Both the position numbers and the translations under genes were made by a program. Below are positions 1 to 8,472 of a DNA stretch of 46,418 bases, one piece after another. Within the stretch, counting starts at the first letter, position 1; each line of letters opens with the position of its first letter. Source of the DNA: Myxococcota bacterium (GTDB taxonomy: Bacteria; Myxococcota; UBA4151); NCBI GenBank assembly GCA_036338695.1, contig JAYZBQ010000056.1:1-46418 (forward strand), given 5' to 3'. The notes under the pieces are model-generated. The model worked only from the letters and a program-made list of their open reading frames with translations. It was not told where the DNA came from and ran no database searches.

Positions 1-3000
1 CGCGCGAGGCGAGCTGCATGAGGTGGGTCTTGAGACTAAATATCGCTTCGTAGTTTTCTGGAAGGTTCCCGTTAATGCGCTGGGTGTTCGTGACCGAGCG
101 CAGGCTTGCGAGGACCTCATCGAGCTCTCCAGGCGCTGAGGCGGCCAGCACGGCGCCGCGCTCCTCACGGCTCATCTGAAACTCGTACTCGACCGCGCGC
201 ACCGCCAGGTAGACCGTCCGCTTGGCGCGCCGCATGGCGTTGAGGAAGTCGTCGACGTCCTCGTCAAGCCAGCGATCGTGCGCGACCGGCGGGCGCTGCC
301 AACCCTCGGCGCGGGTAATCGCCACGCGCCCCTCCTCTCGCAGCGCATCCAGACGGCTCGCCATGGTCCGAGCACGCTGCACGGAACGCTCCGTACCCAA
401 CACCGCCGCCTCCATGTTGATCTGGGCGGTCTTGAGGCCAACGAGGTGCAGCTTGGCGTCGTTGAAACAGATCATGTCCGAGAAATAGTTTTGATACTGC
501 GTCATCAGCAGCTCGTGCTGCTCCTGCGCCATCTCCATCGCATCGCTCATCACCTGAACGGTGACCTTGGCGCCGGTGTTGGCGACGGTGCCGCCAAAAC
601 TGATCAGGTGGTCCGTCCATTTATGCGACGTGGCCTCAGCGACGACCGTGGCGGCGAGCCGCAGCGCGCGCATACCCGCTAAGGCGATGTTTCGGCGCCG
701 AGTCAGCTCGTTCTCAATGTCACCCAAGCGTTGCCCATACTCGCAGCTTTTAACCGCGATCCCGTAGGCTTCGGTGCGCTCTGCCACGCTGGCGCGCGCC
801 GCCTCGAGCGCTTTAGCGGTCTGCATTGTCTCGAGTAAGGCTTCGCCCATGGCGCCCATGTAACAGCTGGTTTTTTGGAGCGGACCGTCCTCTAAGGTGG
901 CGTAGCTCGGCATGCTCGGCAGCGCGTTCGGCAGCGCATTGATGCATGCGTCATGGGTCTCGTTACGGTGCTCTAAGGACACCACCTCGACCCCTTCAAA
1001 CCCCTTAAAGAAGCCGCGGCGGGCTTCTGCGGAGGCGCCAGCGATCCCGGCAAAGAGGATCTCAATGGCGCGCTCACGGGTGAGCGTGTCGGCTTCGTAG
1101 AGCTCGAGCCACTCATCGAGCGTCGCCGTCGCGAGCGCATGGCTCTGCGGGTCCGCAAAGCGCACGGCGTCACCATAGTGGTAACGGTACACCGCCGCCT
1201 TGCAGAGCTGATACTCGAGCTGCTCGGGCTGGACCGCCTCATCGAGCAGCTGCTGGGACAGCCGACACTCGGGCTTGGAGGTGTCCAAGAAACACGAGCC
1301 ATAGTCGGGGATGTCGTCCAGCCACTCTACCGCCTCTGCGCTCGTCACCGGCGCCCTGTTGCCGGGATCGTTCGGGCGCTCCCAGCCACGATGTGCCCCG
1401 CAGATCTCGAGGATGGGGTCACCGTAACGCTGCGCCGTTGCGGTCTGACGTGCGTTCGCCTCGACCACATGGTTGCGATCTTGCAAGACGCCATCACGAA
1501 GCTGCAGCCAGGCCCCACGAGCCGACTGCAGAGCGCTCTCGGCCGATCCCACCGCTTGGGAAGCCAGCCCGCCATCGTCAACCAAGAAATAGGTCGAGAT
1601 CACCGAGGCTCGGCCGATCTGCCCGCCCTGATCCACGCGAAAGTACAGCGGCAGGTCGTCGTCTTCGATACCGAGCGGGTTGCCGCGCCCGAGCAGGTTG
1701 ATGGAGGCTCGAAGCACCCGCGCACGCAGCCCCTTGAGCTGAGTACGCGCCTGCAGGTAGCGCGGCCCCCAACCCGACTCGCCCACACCGGCACGCTGCG
1801 CCACGCGCTCGGCGAGCGCCTCCATGAGCAAGCTCTGACGCACGGCGGTCGCCATCAAGGCGCGGTGCGCCGTCAGGTTCTGCCCAGAGGACCACACCTC
1901 TTCGGCTTCGGCTTCAAGCACCTCCATGTAGCTGTTCATCGCCTCGACCAAGAACACCGGTAACCCCACGCCTTGCTCGTGAAAGCTCTGAGCGCCAGCG
2001 TTCAGGTTCGGGTAGATCACACGACGATAGTCCGCCTCGAGAAGCTGCTCGGGCGTGACGCCCATGAGCCCCGTGACCAAGCGAGGGCGCAGGAACACCT
2101 CCCAGGCGCCTCCGAGCACCTGCCGCAGCCGGCCGAGCGATGGCACCTCGGTCGGGGTGATCTGATCCTCACCCTGCCGAAGCACCTTGGCGAGCCGGTG
2201 CGCCTGCAAGCCCTCGAGCGCCAGGAACTGATGCAGCTGAAGCCACTGGCTCATGAGCCTTAGGTACAAGCCGTTCGCCTTGCTCTGATCACCCACGGCG
2301 TCGCTCTCACGCGTCTGCGGGTCCATCGCCTGGAGCATAGCTGGCGCAGAGGCCCAGCGCAGACTGGACCAGAACCGCGCCAGGTCGATGCAGCCCTCGG
2401 TCTGAAAGACTCGGCGCAGATCCGCGCCGTCCCAGATCGGTCCACGCCCCTGCAGGTCAGGGACCGGGCGTGACAAATCCGCAAAGCAAGCCTCGAGCAT
2501 GGCGCCTGCGCTGAGCGCCTCTTGCTCGGCCTCGCTTGCGTCGGCGTTGGTGAACAAGCCGATCGCCGTTGGGATCTGATCCTGCAGGTCGTTGTTGGTG
2601 CGGGTGCAGGTCAGGTCGCCCGAGATCGGCAGCGCCCGGCGGTGCAAGCGGCTCGACTCTGTGCTGAAGGTCTCGTCGGCGGGCGGCTCATAGCAGAAGT
2701 AGCGCTCTGCGCAGAGCGAGGCGCGCGCAAGCTCCATGTTGATGCGTTGAAAGCTGCGCGGCGTGAGCGGCTCCGGCCCGTCACCACCAAAGTCGATCTG
2801 ATAGCACTCGTGAACGCAGGCGTCGTCGCCCTGACCGCTGCAGTGCCGACGAACGTATCGACCGCAACGATCTGGCATCGCAGCTGCCTCACCGGGCGCA
2901 CAGACCGGGTTGTTCTGGGCCGGTCCGCCCCGGTAATTGGCGCCCTTGCAGATGTAATAGTTGGGCGCGACCTGATCGGTCTCGCAGCGCAGCAGGCTGC

Positions 3001-4477
3001 GGCTGTCATCGGCGAGGGTCGCCCAGGTGCGCAGCCGGCTATCGAGCAGCGGGTTGGCTTCTTCGAGCCGAAACAGCTCCTGCACCACCTGGTCCCAAGA
3101 GCTCCGAGACGCTTCCGACCAGATTCGATCCCGTATGTTGGTAAAGTCCGATTCGCTGTCGGCGGCGAGCTCGTCAAAGCGACGCACTTGCGCGTCCTCA
3201 TCCAGGCCGCTGCGCCGAAACAACGTCAGGTCGGCGCGCGCCATGGTCACCGCTTGCGCCTTGATGTCGGTCGAGCCGCGCGTCCGGCCGCAGCACGGCG
3301 AGCTGTCCCCGCCTTGACCGCCACAGAACGCCTGTCCCCCAAAACATCCCAGGTTCTCCTCGTCCGAAAACCAACCGGCGACGGCGACGTCAAAGCGCCC
3401 CCCGAGCCAGCGCCCGGCGCCGACCGAGAGCGCCTCTTGCGAGCGCAGCCCCAGGTGAACCTCGACGTCACCCAGCCCTTGCGCTCGCTCACCGAGGTAG
3501 CGAGTCCAATGAAAGGTGAAGCCGCCGTCGACAGGCCTGCCCCAGAGCGAGCCTGTGGGCGACAAGATCCGCAACTCATCGATCAGCCGCATCTTCATCG
3601 CGTCGCCCTGCCCGAGGACCTCGGCCCTAACCGGCAGGTTCATCATCGCCCTGCCGGCGGGGTCGATAAACTGCACCGACCCCTCATAGGTGCCGGTCAC
3701 CTCAGCCTCATCCGAGATCAAGGCTCGGGGCTCGACCAGGCGCACGCTGACCCGCTCACTCTGGCGATCGGTGAAGACCCCTACGCTCCATTCTTGAGCC
3801 TCGCCGTCCGGGTCGCCCGGACGCAGATAGATCGTGTACGTTGAGCCTTGCGCCAGGTCCTCAAGCAGGCAGCCATCGCTGAACCCCGCCTCGTCGCTGT
3901 CGACACAGTTAACCAGCGGCTTCTCCGCAGGCAACAGGTTCACCTCACCGTCGACAATCTGAGCCGCCAGCCCATCCCCGACACGCAGCGCGCCCACGTC
4001 GGCGTCTCGCACCGAGAAGGTGAGCGCCAAGAGCTGATCACGCGTCACCACCTCAAAGGCCATCCGATCCAGCGTCACCGCCCCTTGGGGCGCGGGGCTC
4101 GGCGGCGCGATCTCCTCTTCAAGCCCGGGGTTCTCTTGCTCAGGCTCGGCCTCAATGCAGCGACCAAAGAGGCTGCAGCGCTGCCCATCGGCGCAGTCCT
4201 CGACCCCCTCAAGGCACTCGTAAATGCAGCGCCCGAGCGCGCAATGTGCGCCGCAGGGACACTGCTCATCGACCTGACAGGCGAGCACCCCGTTGAGGCG
4301 CTCGGGGTCGACCACACAGACCGGCTCGCCGGCGTCGACCGCCGCACCTGCATCCAGTACAGCGCCCGCGTCCAGCACGACGCCTGCGTCGGCGTCCGTT
4401 GCGATGGGCGCGTCCAGAAGGGAACAGCCGCTGAAGAGGCTGAACAAGCACAAGGTGGGGATCAACAGATGGCGCAT
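1..4477 (-). CDS. Giant Cys-rich lipoprotein (>=1492 aa, 3' end outside the window) with a C-terminal region resembling the Tc-toxin A pore-forming domain
   Basis: Hand translation gives an open frame from ATG 4477 to the window edge; it is absent from the ORF track because there is no stop. SD GAGAGG lies 5 nt upstream. N-terminus MRHLLIPTLCLFSLFSG-C (lipobox), DAG repeats, Cys-rich block CQVDEQCPCGAHCALGRCIYEC..., then NPLGIEDDDLPLYF and WLDEDVDDFLNAMRRAKRTVYLAVRAVEYE. The CDS is well supported; the toxin call is inference. Confidence 0.85.
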   Translation of the reverse strand, partial: MRHLLIPTLCLFSLFSGCSLLDAPIATDADAGVVLDAGAVLDAGAAVDAGEPVCVVDPERLNGVLACQVDEQCPCGAHCALGRCIYECLEGVEDCADGQRCSLFGRCIEAEPEQENPGLEEEIAPPSPAPQGAVTLDRMAFEVVTRDQLLALTFSVRDADVGALRVGDGLAAQIVDGEVNLLPAEKPLVNCVDSDEAGFSDGCLLEDLAQGSTYTIYLRPGDPDGEAQEWSVGVFTDRQSERVSVRLVEPRALISDEAEVTGTYEGSVQFIDPAGRAMMNLPVRAEVLGQGDAMKMRLIDELRILSPTGSLWGRPVDGGFTFHWTRYLGERAQGLGDVEVHLGLRSQEALSVGAGRWLGGRFDVAVAGWFSDEENLGCFGGQAFCGGQGGDSSPCCGRTRGSTDIKAQAVTMARADLTLFRRSGLDEDAQVRRFDELAADSESDFTNIRDRIWSEASRSSWDQVVQELFRLEEANPLLDSRLRTWATLADDSRSLLRCETDQVAPNYYICKGANYRGGPAQNNPVCAPGEAAAMPDRCGRYVRRHCSGQGDDACVHECYQIDFGGDGPEPLTPRSFQRINMELARASLCAERYFCYEPPADETFSTESSRLHRRALPISGDLTCTRTNNDLQDQIPTAIGLFTNADASEAEQEALSAGAMLEACFADLSRPVPDLQGRGPIWDGADLRRVFQTEGCIDLARFWSSLRWASAPAMLQAMDPQTRESDAVGDQSKANGLYLRLMSQWLQLHQFLALEGLQAHRLAKVLRQGEDQITPTEVPSLGRLRQVLGGAWEVFLRPRLVTGLMGVTPEQLLEADYRRVIYPNLNAGAQSFHEQGVGLPVFLVEAMNSYMEVLEAEAEEVWSSGQNLTAHRALMATAVRQSLLMEALAERVAQRAGVGESGWGPRYLQARTQLKGLRARVLRASINLLGRGNPLGIEDDDLPLYFRVDQGGQIGRASVISTYFLVDDGGLASQAVGSAESALQSARGAWLQLRDGVLQDRNHVVEANARQTATAQRYGDPILEICGAHRGWERPNDPGNRAPVTSAEAVEWLDDIPDYGSCFLDTSKPECRLSQQLLDEAVQPEQLEYQLCKAAVYRYHYGDAVRFADPQSHALATATLDEWLELYEADTLTRERAIEILFAGIAGASAEARRGFFKGFEGVEVVSLEHRNETHDACINALPNALPSMPSYATLEDGPLQKTSCYMGAMGEALLETMQTAKALEAARASVAERTEAYGIAVKSCEYGQRLGDIENELTRRRNIALAGMRALRLAATVVAEATSHKWTDHLISFGGTVANTGAKVTVQVMSDAMEMAQEQHELLMTQYQNYFSDMICFNDAKLHLVGLKTAQINMEAAVLGTERSVQRARTMASRLDALREEGRVAITRAEGWQRPPVAHDRWLDEDVDDFLNAMRRAKRTVYLAVRAVEYEFQMSREERGAVLAASAPGELDEVLASLRSVTNTQRINGNLPENYEAIFSLKTHLMQLASR

Positions 4478-4506
4478 CGCATCCTCTCAACGGGGGTCGG
4501 AGCGGT

Positions 4507-4535
4507 GTGCTAGCGCGCCGCCTGCGCTTTGGCAA
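4507..4535 (-). promoter_or_regulatory. Putative sigma-70 promoter of the giant lipoprotein gene
   Basis: Minus strand TTGCCA-N17-TAGCAC, about 30 nt upstream of ATG 4477. Confidence 0.4.
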
Positions 4536-4651
4536 CCAAGCGGCTCATCAAACCCTCAAGCCAACGCCCTCTCGCGACACCACAAAGGGGGTTGCGGTTT
4601 GACCGAGAGTAGTCTCCACTGTTGCCCGCTATTTTCTGCTCGGGAGCTACC

Positions 4652-6391
4652 GTGAGCGAGACCCCTCAACGACGCTCAATTCGCTTCGGTGCCTTCATGC
4701 GAGAGATTGGGATGCAGCAGCGCTCCCTCCCCTTCGCAGAGGTGACGCAGCATGGACGTCAACACGAAGGTAAGAAGGTCGGCGTCTCGGCACGCGACAT
4801 CTACCGCATCGTCGGACCGTACTTCTCAGTGCGAACCGTCGAGCAGATCAAGGCGGTGGTGCCGCTTGCGATCTACCTCGGCTTGTTCCAGGTGTTCGTG
4901 CTCCACCAAGAGCTCGCCGACGCCGGCATCGTCAGCGCCGGGCTCACCGCCGTGATCATCGGGCTGATGCTCTTTATGGAGGGGCTGAAGGTCGGCCTGA
5001 TGCCCTTTGGCGAGACCATCGGGTCCGAGCTGCCCAAAAAATCGAAGCTACCGGTGGTGCTCGGGGTGGTGTTCCTGCTCGGCATCGGCGTGACCTTCGC
5101 CGAGCCAGCGATCGGCGCGCTGCAGGCGGCCGGTGCGCTGGTGAGCGTCGAGAAGGCGCCCTACCTCAAAGCCCTCCTCACCACCTGGGCGCTGCCGCTG
5201 GTGCTGATCGTCGGGGTCGGCGTCGGGATCGCTGCGGTCCTTGGGACGATGCGGTTCGTGCGCGGCTGGAGCCTTAAGCCGATGATCTACATGACGCTCA
5301 TCCCGACCGTCTGTTTGAGCATCTACATCAGCTTTCAACCCAACCTGAGATCGATCCTCGGGCTCGCTTGGGACTGCGGCGCCGTCACCACGGGGCCGGT
5401 GACCGTCCCGCTCGTTCTGGCGCTCGGGATCGGCATCGCCAACGCGGTCGGCAAAGGGCGCAGCTCGCTCTCGGGCTTTGGGATCGTCACGCTCGCTTCG
5501 CTGTTTCCGATCCTCGGCGTACAACTCCTTGGTCTTTATGTCCAAGCCACGGTACCCGTTGAGACCATCTTGGCGTCGGCGCAGGCGGCGGCAGCGGCGG
5601 GAAGCACCGCCTGGCATGAGCAGACGCCTTGGGTCGAGATCATCGGCGGCGTGCGTGCCATCGTGCCGCTGGTTCTGTTTCTGCTGGTCGTGCTGATGGT
5701 GCTGCTGCGCTCACGGGTCAAAGATCCAATGAGCATCGCCTACGGGATCAGCCTGTGCGTGATCGGCATGATCGTGTTCAACCTCGGGCTCACCTACGGG
5801 CTCGCTAAGCTCGGCGCACAAGCCGGCTCCTTGGTCCCCGCTGCGTTTACCAACATCGACGCAGCGGCGGGCTCGCCCTACTACCCCAAGGTGGTCGGCT
5901 TGGCGATCGCCATCGCCTTTGCTTGGATTCTAGGGCTCGGCGCAACGCTGGCTGAGCCGGCGCTCAATGCGCTGGGTCAGACGGTCGAGAACTTGACCAA
6001 CGGGACCTTCCCGAAGTCCTCGCTGATGAACGCCGTCGCCTGGGGCGTCGGCGCCGGGATTGGCGTTGGAGTCGCCAAGATCATCTTCTCGATCAACCTC
6101 GTGTACCTGCTAGTGCCGCTCTATGTGCTGGCGATGGTCCTGACCTTCTTCTCCACCGAAGAGTTCGTGAACATCGCCTGGGACAGCGCCGGCGTGACAA
6201 CGGGCCCGGTGACGGTCCCGCTGGTGCTCGCCATGGGGCTTGGGCTCGGTGAAGCGGTCAACGTGATCGAAGGGTTCGGGATCCTCTCGATGGCCTCGAT
6301 CGGGCCAATTTTGGCGGTACTGAGTACCGGATTATGGATTAAGGTTCGTGTCGCCCTGCGCGACTGGCGCGACGCAAAGGAAGCAAGCTGA
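4652..6391 (+). CDS. DUF1538-family multi-pass membrane protein with two fused DUF1538 domains
   Basis: Very hydrophobic; duplicated motifs TFAEPA/TLAEPA and AWDCGAVTTGPVTVP/AWDSAGVTTGPVTVP; followed by PII-like genes. GTG 4652 with GGGAG SD is preferred over TTG 4622. Confidence 0.85.
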   Translation: MSETPQRRSIRFGAFMREIGMQQRSLPFAEVTQHGRQHEGKKVGVSARDIYRIVGPYFSVRTVEQIKAVVPLAIYLGLFQVFVLHQELADAGIVSAGLTAVIIGLMLFMEGLKVGLMPFGETIGSELPKKSKLPVVLGVVFLLGIGVTFAEPAIGALQAAGALVSVEKAPYLKALLTTWALPLVLIVGVGVGIAAVLGTMRFVRGWSLKPMIYMTLIPTVCLSIYISFQPNLRSILGLAWDCGAVTTGPVTVPLVLALGIGIANAVGKGRSSLSGFGIVTLASLFPILGVQLLGLYVQATVPVETILASAQAAAAAGSTAWHEQTPWVEIIGGVRAIVPLVLFLLVVLMVLLRSRVKDPMSIAYGISLCVIGMIVFNLGLTYGLAKLGAQAGSLVPAAFTNIDAAAGSPYYPKVVGLAIAIAFAWILGLGATLAEPALNALGQTVENLTNGTFPKSSLMNAVAWGVGAGIGVGVAKIIFSINLVYLLVPLYVLAMVLTFFSTEEFVNIAWDSAGVTTGPVTVPLVLAMGLGLGEAVNVIEGFGILSMASIGPILAVLSTGLWIKVRVALRDWRDAKEAS

Positions 6392-6759
6392 TGAGTAAAG
6401 AGAAGAAGAACGAGATCATTGTCCTCACCGACGTCTCGATGATCACCACCGTCGTCCAGCGAGGCATGGGCGACGAGATCGTCCGCGCCGCCAGCGAAGC
6501 GGGCGCACGCGGCGCAACCATCTACTACGGACGCGGCACCGGCGTGCGCGACCGGCTCGGGATCCTCGGCCTCGCCGTCGAGGTGGAGAAGGAGATCGTC
6601 AACATCCTCGTGAGCAACGATCAGATCGACGAGATCCTTGAGCGGATCTACAAAGCCGGCAAGCTCGATACCCCCGGGATGGGGATCGCTTACGTGCTAC
6701 CGGTTGAGAAGGCGGCGACGCACGTCCCGCGCGATCTGCTTGAGAAGCTCGGAGCGTAG
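6391..6759 (+). CDS. PII-like (GlnB-fold) signal transduction protein 1
   Basis: 122 aa; GARGATIYYGRGTG, EKE and GKLDTPGMGIAY motifs; TGATG overlap with the DUF1538 gene. Confidence 0.85.
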   Translation: MSKEKKNEIIVLTDVSMITTVVQRGMGDEIVRAASEAGARGATIYYGRGTGVRDRLGILGLAVEVEKEIVNILVSNDQIDEILERIYKAGKLDTPGMGIAYVLPVEKAATHVPRDLLEKLGA

Positions 6760-6761
6760 TC

Positions 6762-7115
6762 ATGTTTACCGAGCAAAAGATGATCCAGGCGATCATCCCG
6801 ATGGGCACGGCGCTGCCGGTGGTCAAAGCGCTCCGTGAGGAGAAGGGCTTGGACGCCGCGAACATCAACTTCGCTCGCGGTGTCGGCCGGTTCGTGCGCG
6901 CCAGCGAGCGCCGGCTCGGCGATGACCAAGAGAAAGAGATCCTAAGCATCATCGTGCCCAATGACCGCGCCGATGAGATCTTTGAGTGGGTCTTTGAGAC
7001 CGCCGATATGGACCGACCGCACGGCGGGATCGTGTACATGATCCCCTTATCGCATGCCTCGCTCTTTCAGATCCCCTCGGAGATCGAATTCGCGACCTTC
7101 GTGGATGAAGCCTGA
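6762..7115 (+). CDS. PII-like signal transduction protein 2 (more divergent)
   Basis: 117 aa; ARGVG, EKEILSIIV and DRPHGGIVY parallel the motifs of the upstream paralog. Confidence 0.8.
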   Translation: MFTEQKMIQAIIPMGTALPVVKALREEKGLDAANINFARGVGRFVRASERRLGDDQEKEILSIIVPNDRADEIFEWVFETADMDRPHGGIVYMIPLSHASLFQIPSEIEFATFVDEA

Positions 7116-7858
7116 TGACCCAGCAGCTGCCCCTTATCCTCTCGTTGATTGCGCTCAGCCTCGGCGGTTACTCCGTGGTCTCCCAACCATCGACAGGCGC
7201 TGTCGAGACCGATGACGTCCGAGTCAAAGCGCTGCAAGAGGAGATGGAGGCGCTACGCAAAGACCTCTACGCCATGAAGGATTCCAGCGGCGGCGCGCCG
7301 CCCCCCCCGCCGCCAGAGCTGGCTCGTGGCGAGATGAAAGATGAGGGTTTTGGCGGTGACAGCGCGAGCGGCGGACCGGACCCGTCGATGATGCCTCCGC
7401 CCGAGCCCGACCCCATGGGCGAGATGCCGGGGATGATCCCTGATGACGCCGTCCCAGTGGATCCGATGTTGGCAGCGCAGGTCCGAAAGATCATCCGTGA
7501 GGAGCGCGAACAATACCGCGACAAGCGCTCAGGGCGCCACCTAGAGCGCTTCGCTGAGCGGCTCGCTGAGCGCATGGCGGAGAGCGAGGTTGTGCGCGAC
7601 ATGAGCGAAGAGGACCGCTCGGCGCTGACCGAGATCTTGCGCAAGGAGCGCAAGAGCATGAGCAAGCTCTATCGAGGGATCCGCAGCGGCTCGATGTCCA
7701 TGAAGGACGCCCGCCAGGAGCTCAACGACCTCCGCCAGGACACGCTGTCGATTGTGCGCGAGAGCATGGGCGATGACCTCGCCAACCTCATCCCAGAGCT
7801 CTCGCCGCTGCCGAGTCGTGGACCGCTCGCGCCGACGCGCCCTTCTACGTCGCGTTAG
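7115..7858 (+). CDS. Hypothetical exported or membrane-anchored protein with short coiled coil, Pro-rich linker and helical C-terminus
   Basis: Hydrophobic N-terminus LPLILSLIALSLGG; PPPPP linker; TGATG coupling to the second PII gene. Confidence 0.7.
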   Translation: MTQQLPLILSLIALSLGGYSVVSQPSTGAVETDDVRVKALQEEMEALRKDLYAMKDSSGGAPPPPPPELARGEMKDEGFGGDSASGGPDPSMMPPPEPDPMGEMPGMIPDDAVPVDPMLAAQVRKIIREEREQYRDKRSGRHLERFAERLAERMAESEVVRDMSEEDRSALTEILRKERKSMSKLYRGIRSGSMSMKDARQELNDLRQDTLSIVRESMGDDLANLIPELSPLPSRGPLAPTRPSTSR

Positions 7859-8472
7859 CGGCGGGACTTCCCGGTTTTGATGGCGGACACGGGGTCGGTG
7901 ATCAGCTGGCGCCCGGCGTTTGAGATCAGCGTGTAAGCAGGCGCCAAGAGGTCCGGCAGGTCCGAGAGCCCCAGCTTGCGTGGCGGCGGCCCAAGCCGAC
8001 GCAACAGCTCGTCCGGTCGACCAGACTGCTCAGGATCAAAGAAGGCGCCCACCTCCGCTGTGCCCACATCCCACCAGGCGTCCTGCTCGTCCGAGCTCAT
8101 GACCTGAGGTCCCATGTTGTCGTCCGCCGAGATCCCCATCCAGACCTGGAACGCGTCGGCGTCGGCTTCGATCCGGCGACCGAGCGAGAACACCGACGCT
8201 GCGATGTGCTTGCACAGAGAATTAGGGTCCGGGCAGGTGCACGCCGCCACGAAGCCGGTGTTGCGCCAGGCCTCTTGCCCCTTGGTGGCGCGCTTGATGA
8301 TCACATCGTAGTAACGCCCCATATTGTTCAACACTTTGGTCCGAGCCAAACCCGGGGTCAGCTCGATGGACTGAACGCGACCAATCCGCTCATACTCGTG
8401 CCCTTGCCCCACCTTGTGGTGCGACGACACGGCGCCAAAGATTTGAGCTAATCGATAGACAGGGACGCTCAT
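7855..8472 (-). CDS. SWIM zinc-finger protein
   Basis: CTCPD-x4-CKHIAA SWIM motif; start moved to ATG 8472, which gives an ATGA overlap with the SNF2 stop. Confidence 0.85.
   Translation of the reverse strand: MSVPVYRLAQIFGAVSSHHKVGQGHEYERIGRVQSIELTPGLARTKVLNNMGRYYDVIIKRATKGQEAWRNTGFVAACTCPDPNSLCKHIAASVFSLGRRIEADADAFQVWMGISADDNMGPQVMSSDEQDAWWDVGTAEVGAFFDPEQSGRPDELLRRLGPPPRKLGLSDLPDLLAPAYTLISNAGRQLITDPVSAIKTGKSRR

Noticed and set aside
1600..1794. Possible frameshift or stop within the giant ORF
   Set aside because: Re-reading the GGGG run near 1730 shows the main frame continues (QLKGLRARVLR); the 64-aa ORF is in another frame
1139..4513. Long plus-strand ORFs 1139..1963, 2522..3844 and 3848..4513
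   Set aside because: Antisense shadows of the giant minus-strand lipoprotein, which has an SD, a lipobox and coherent composition
7290..7315. Poly-C tract as a phase-variation site
   Set aside because: In frame and encodes a poly-Pro linker; no sign of frameshift
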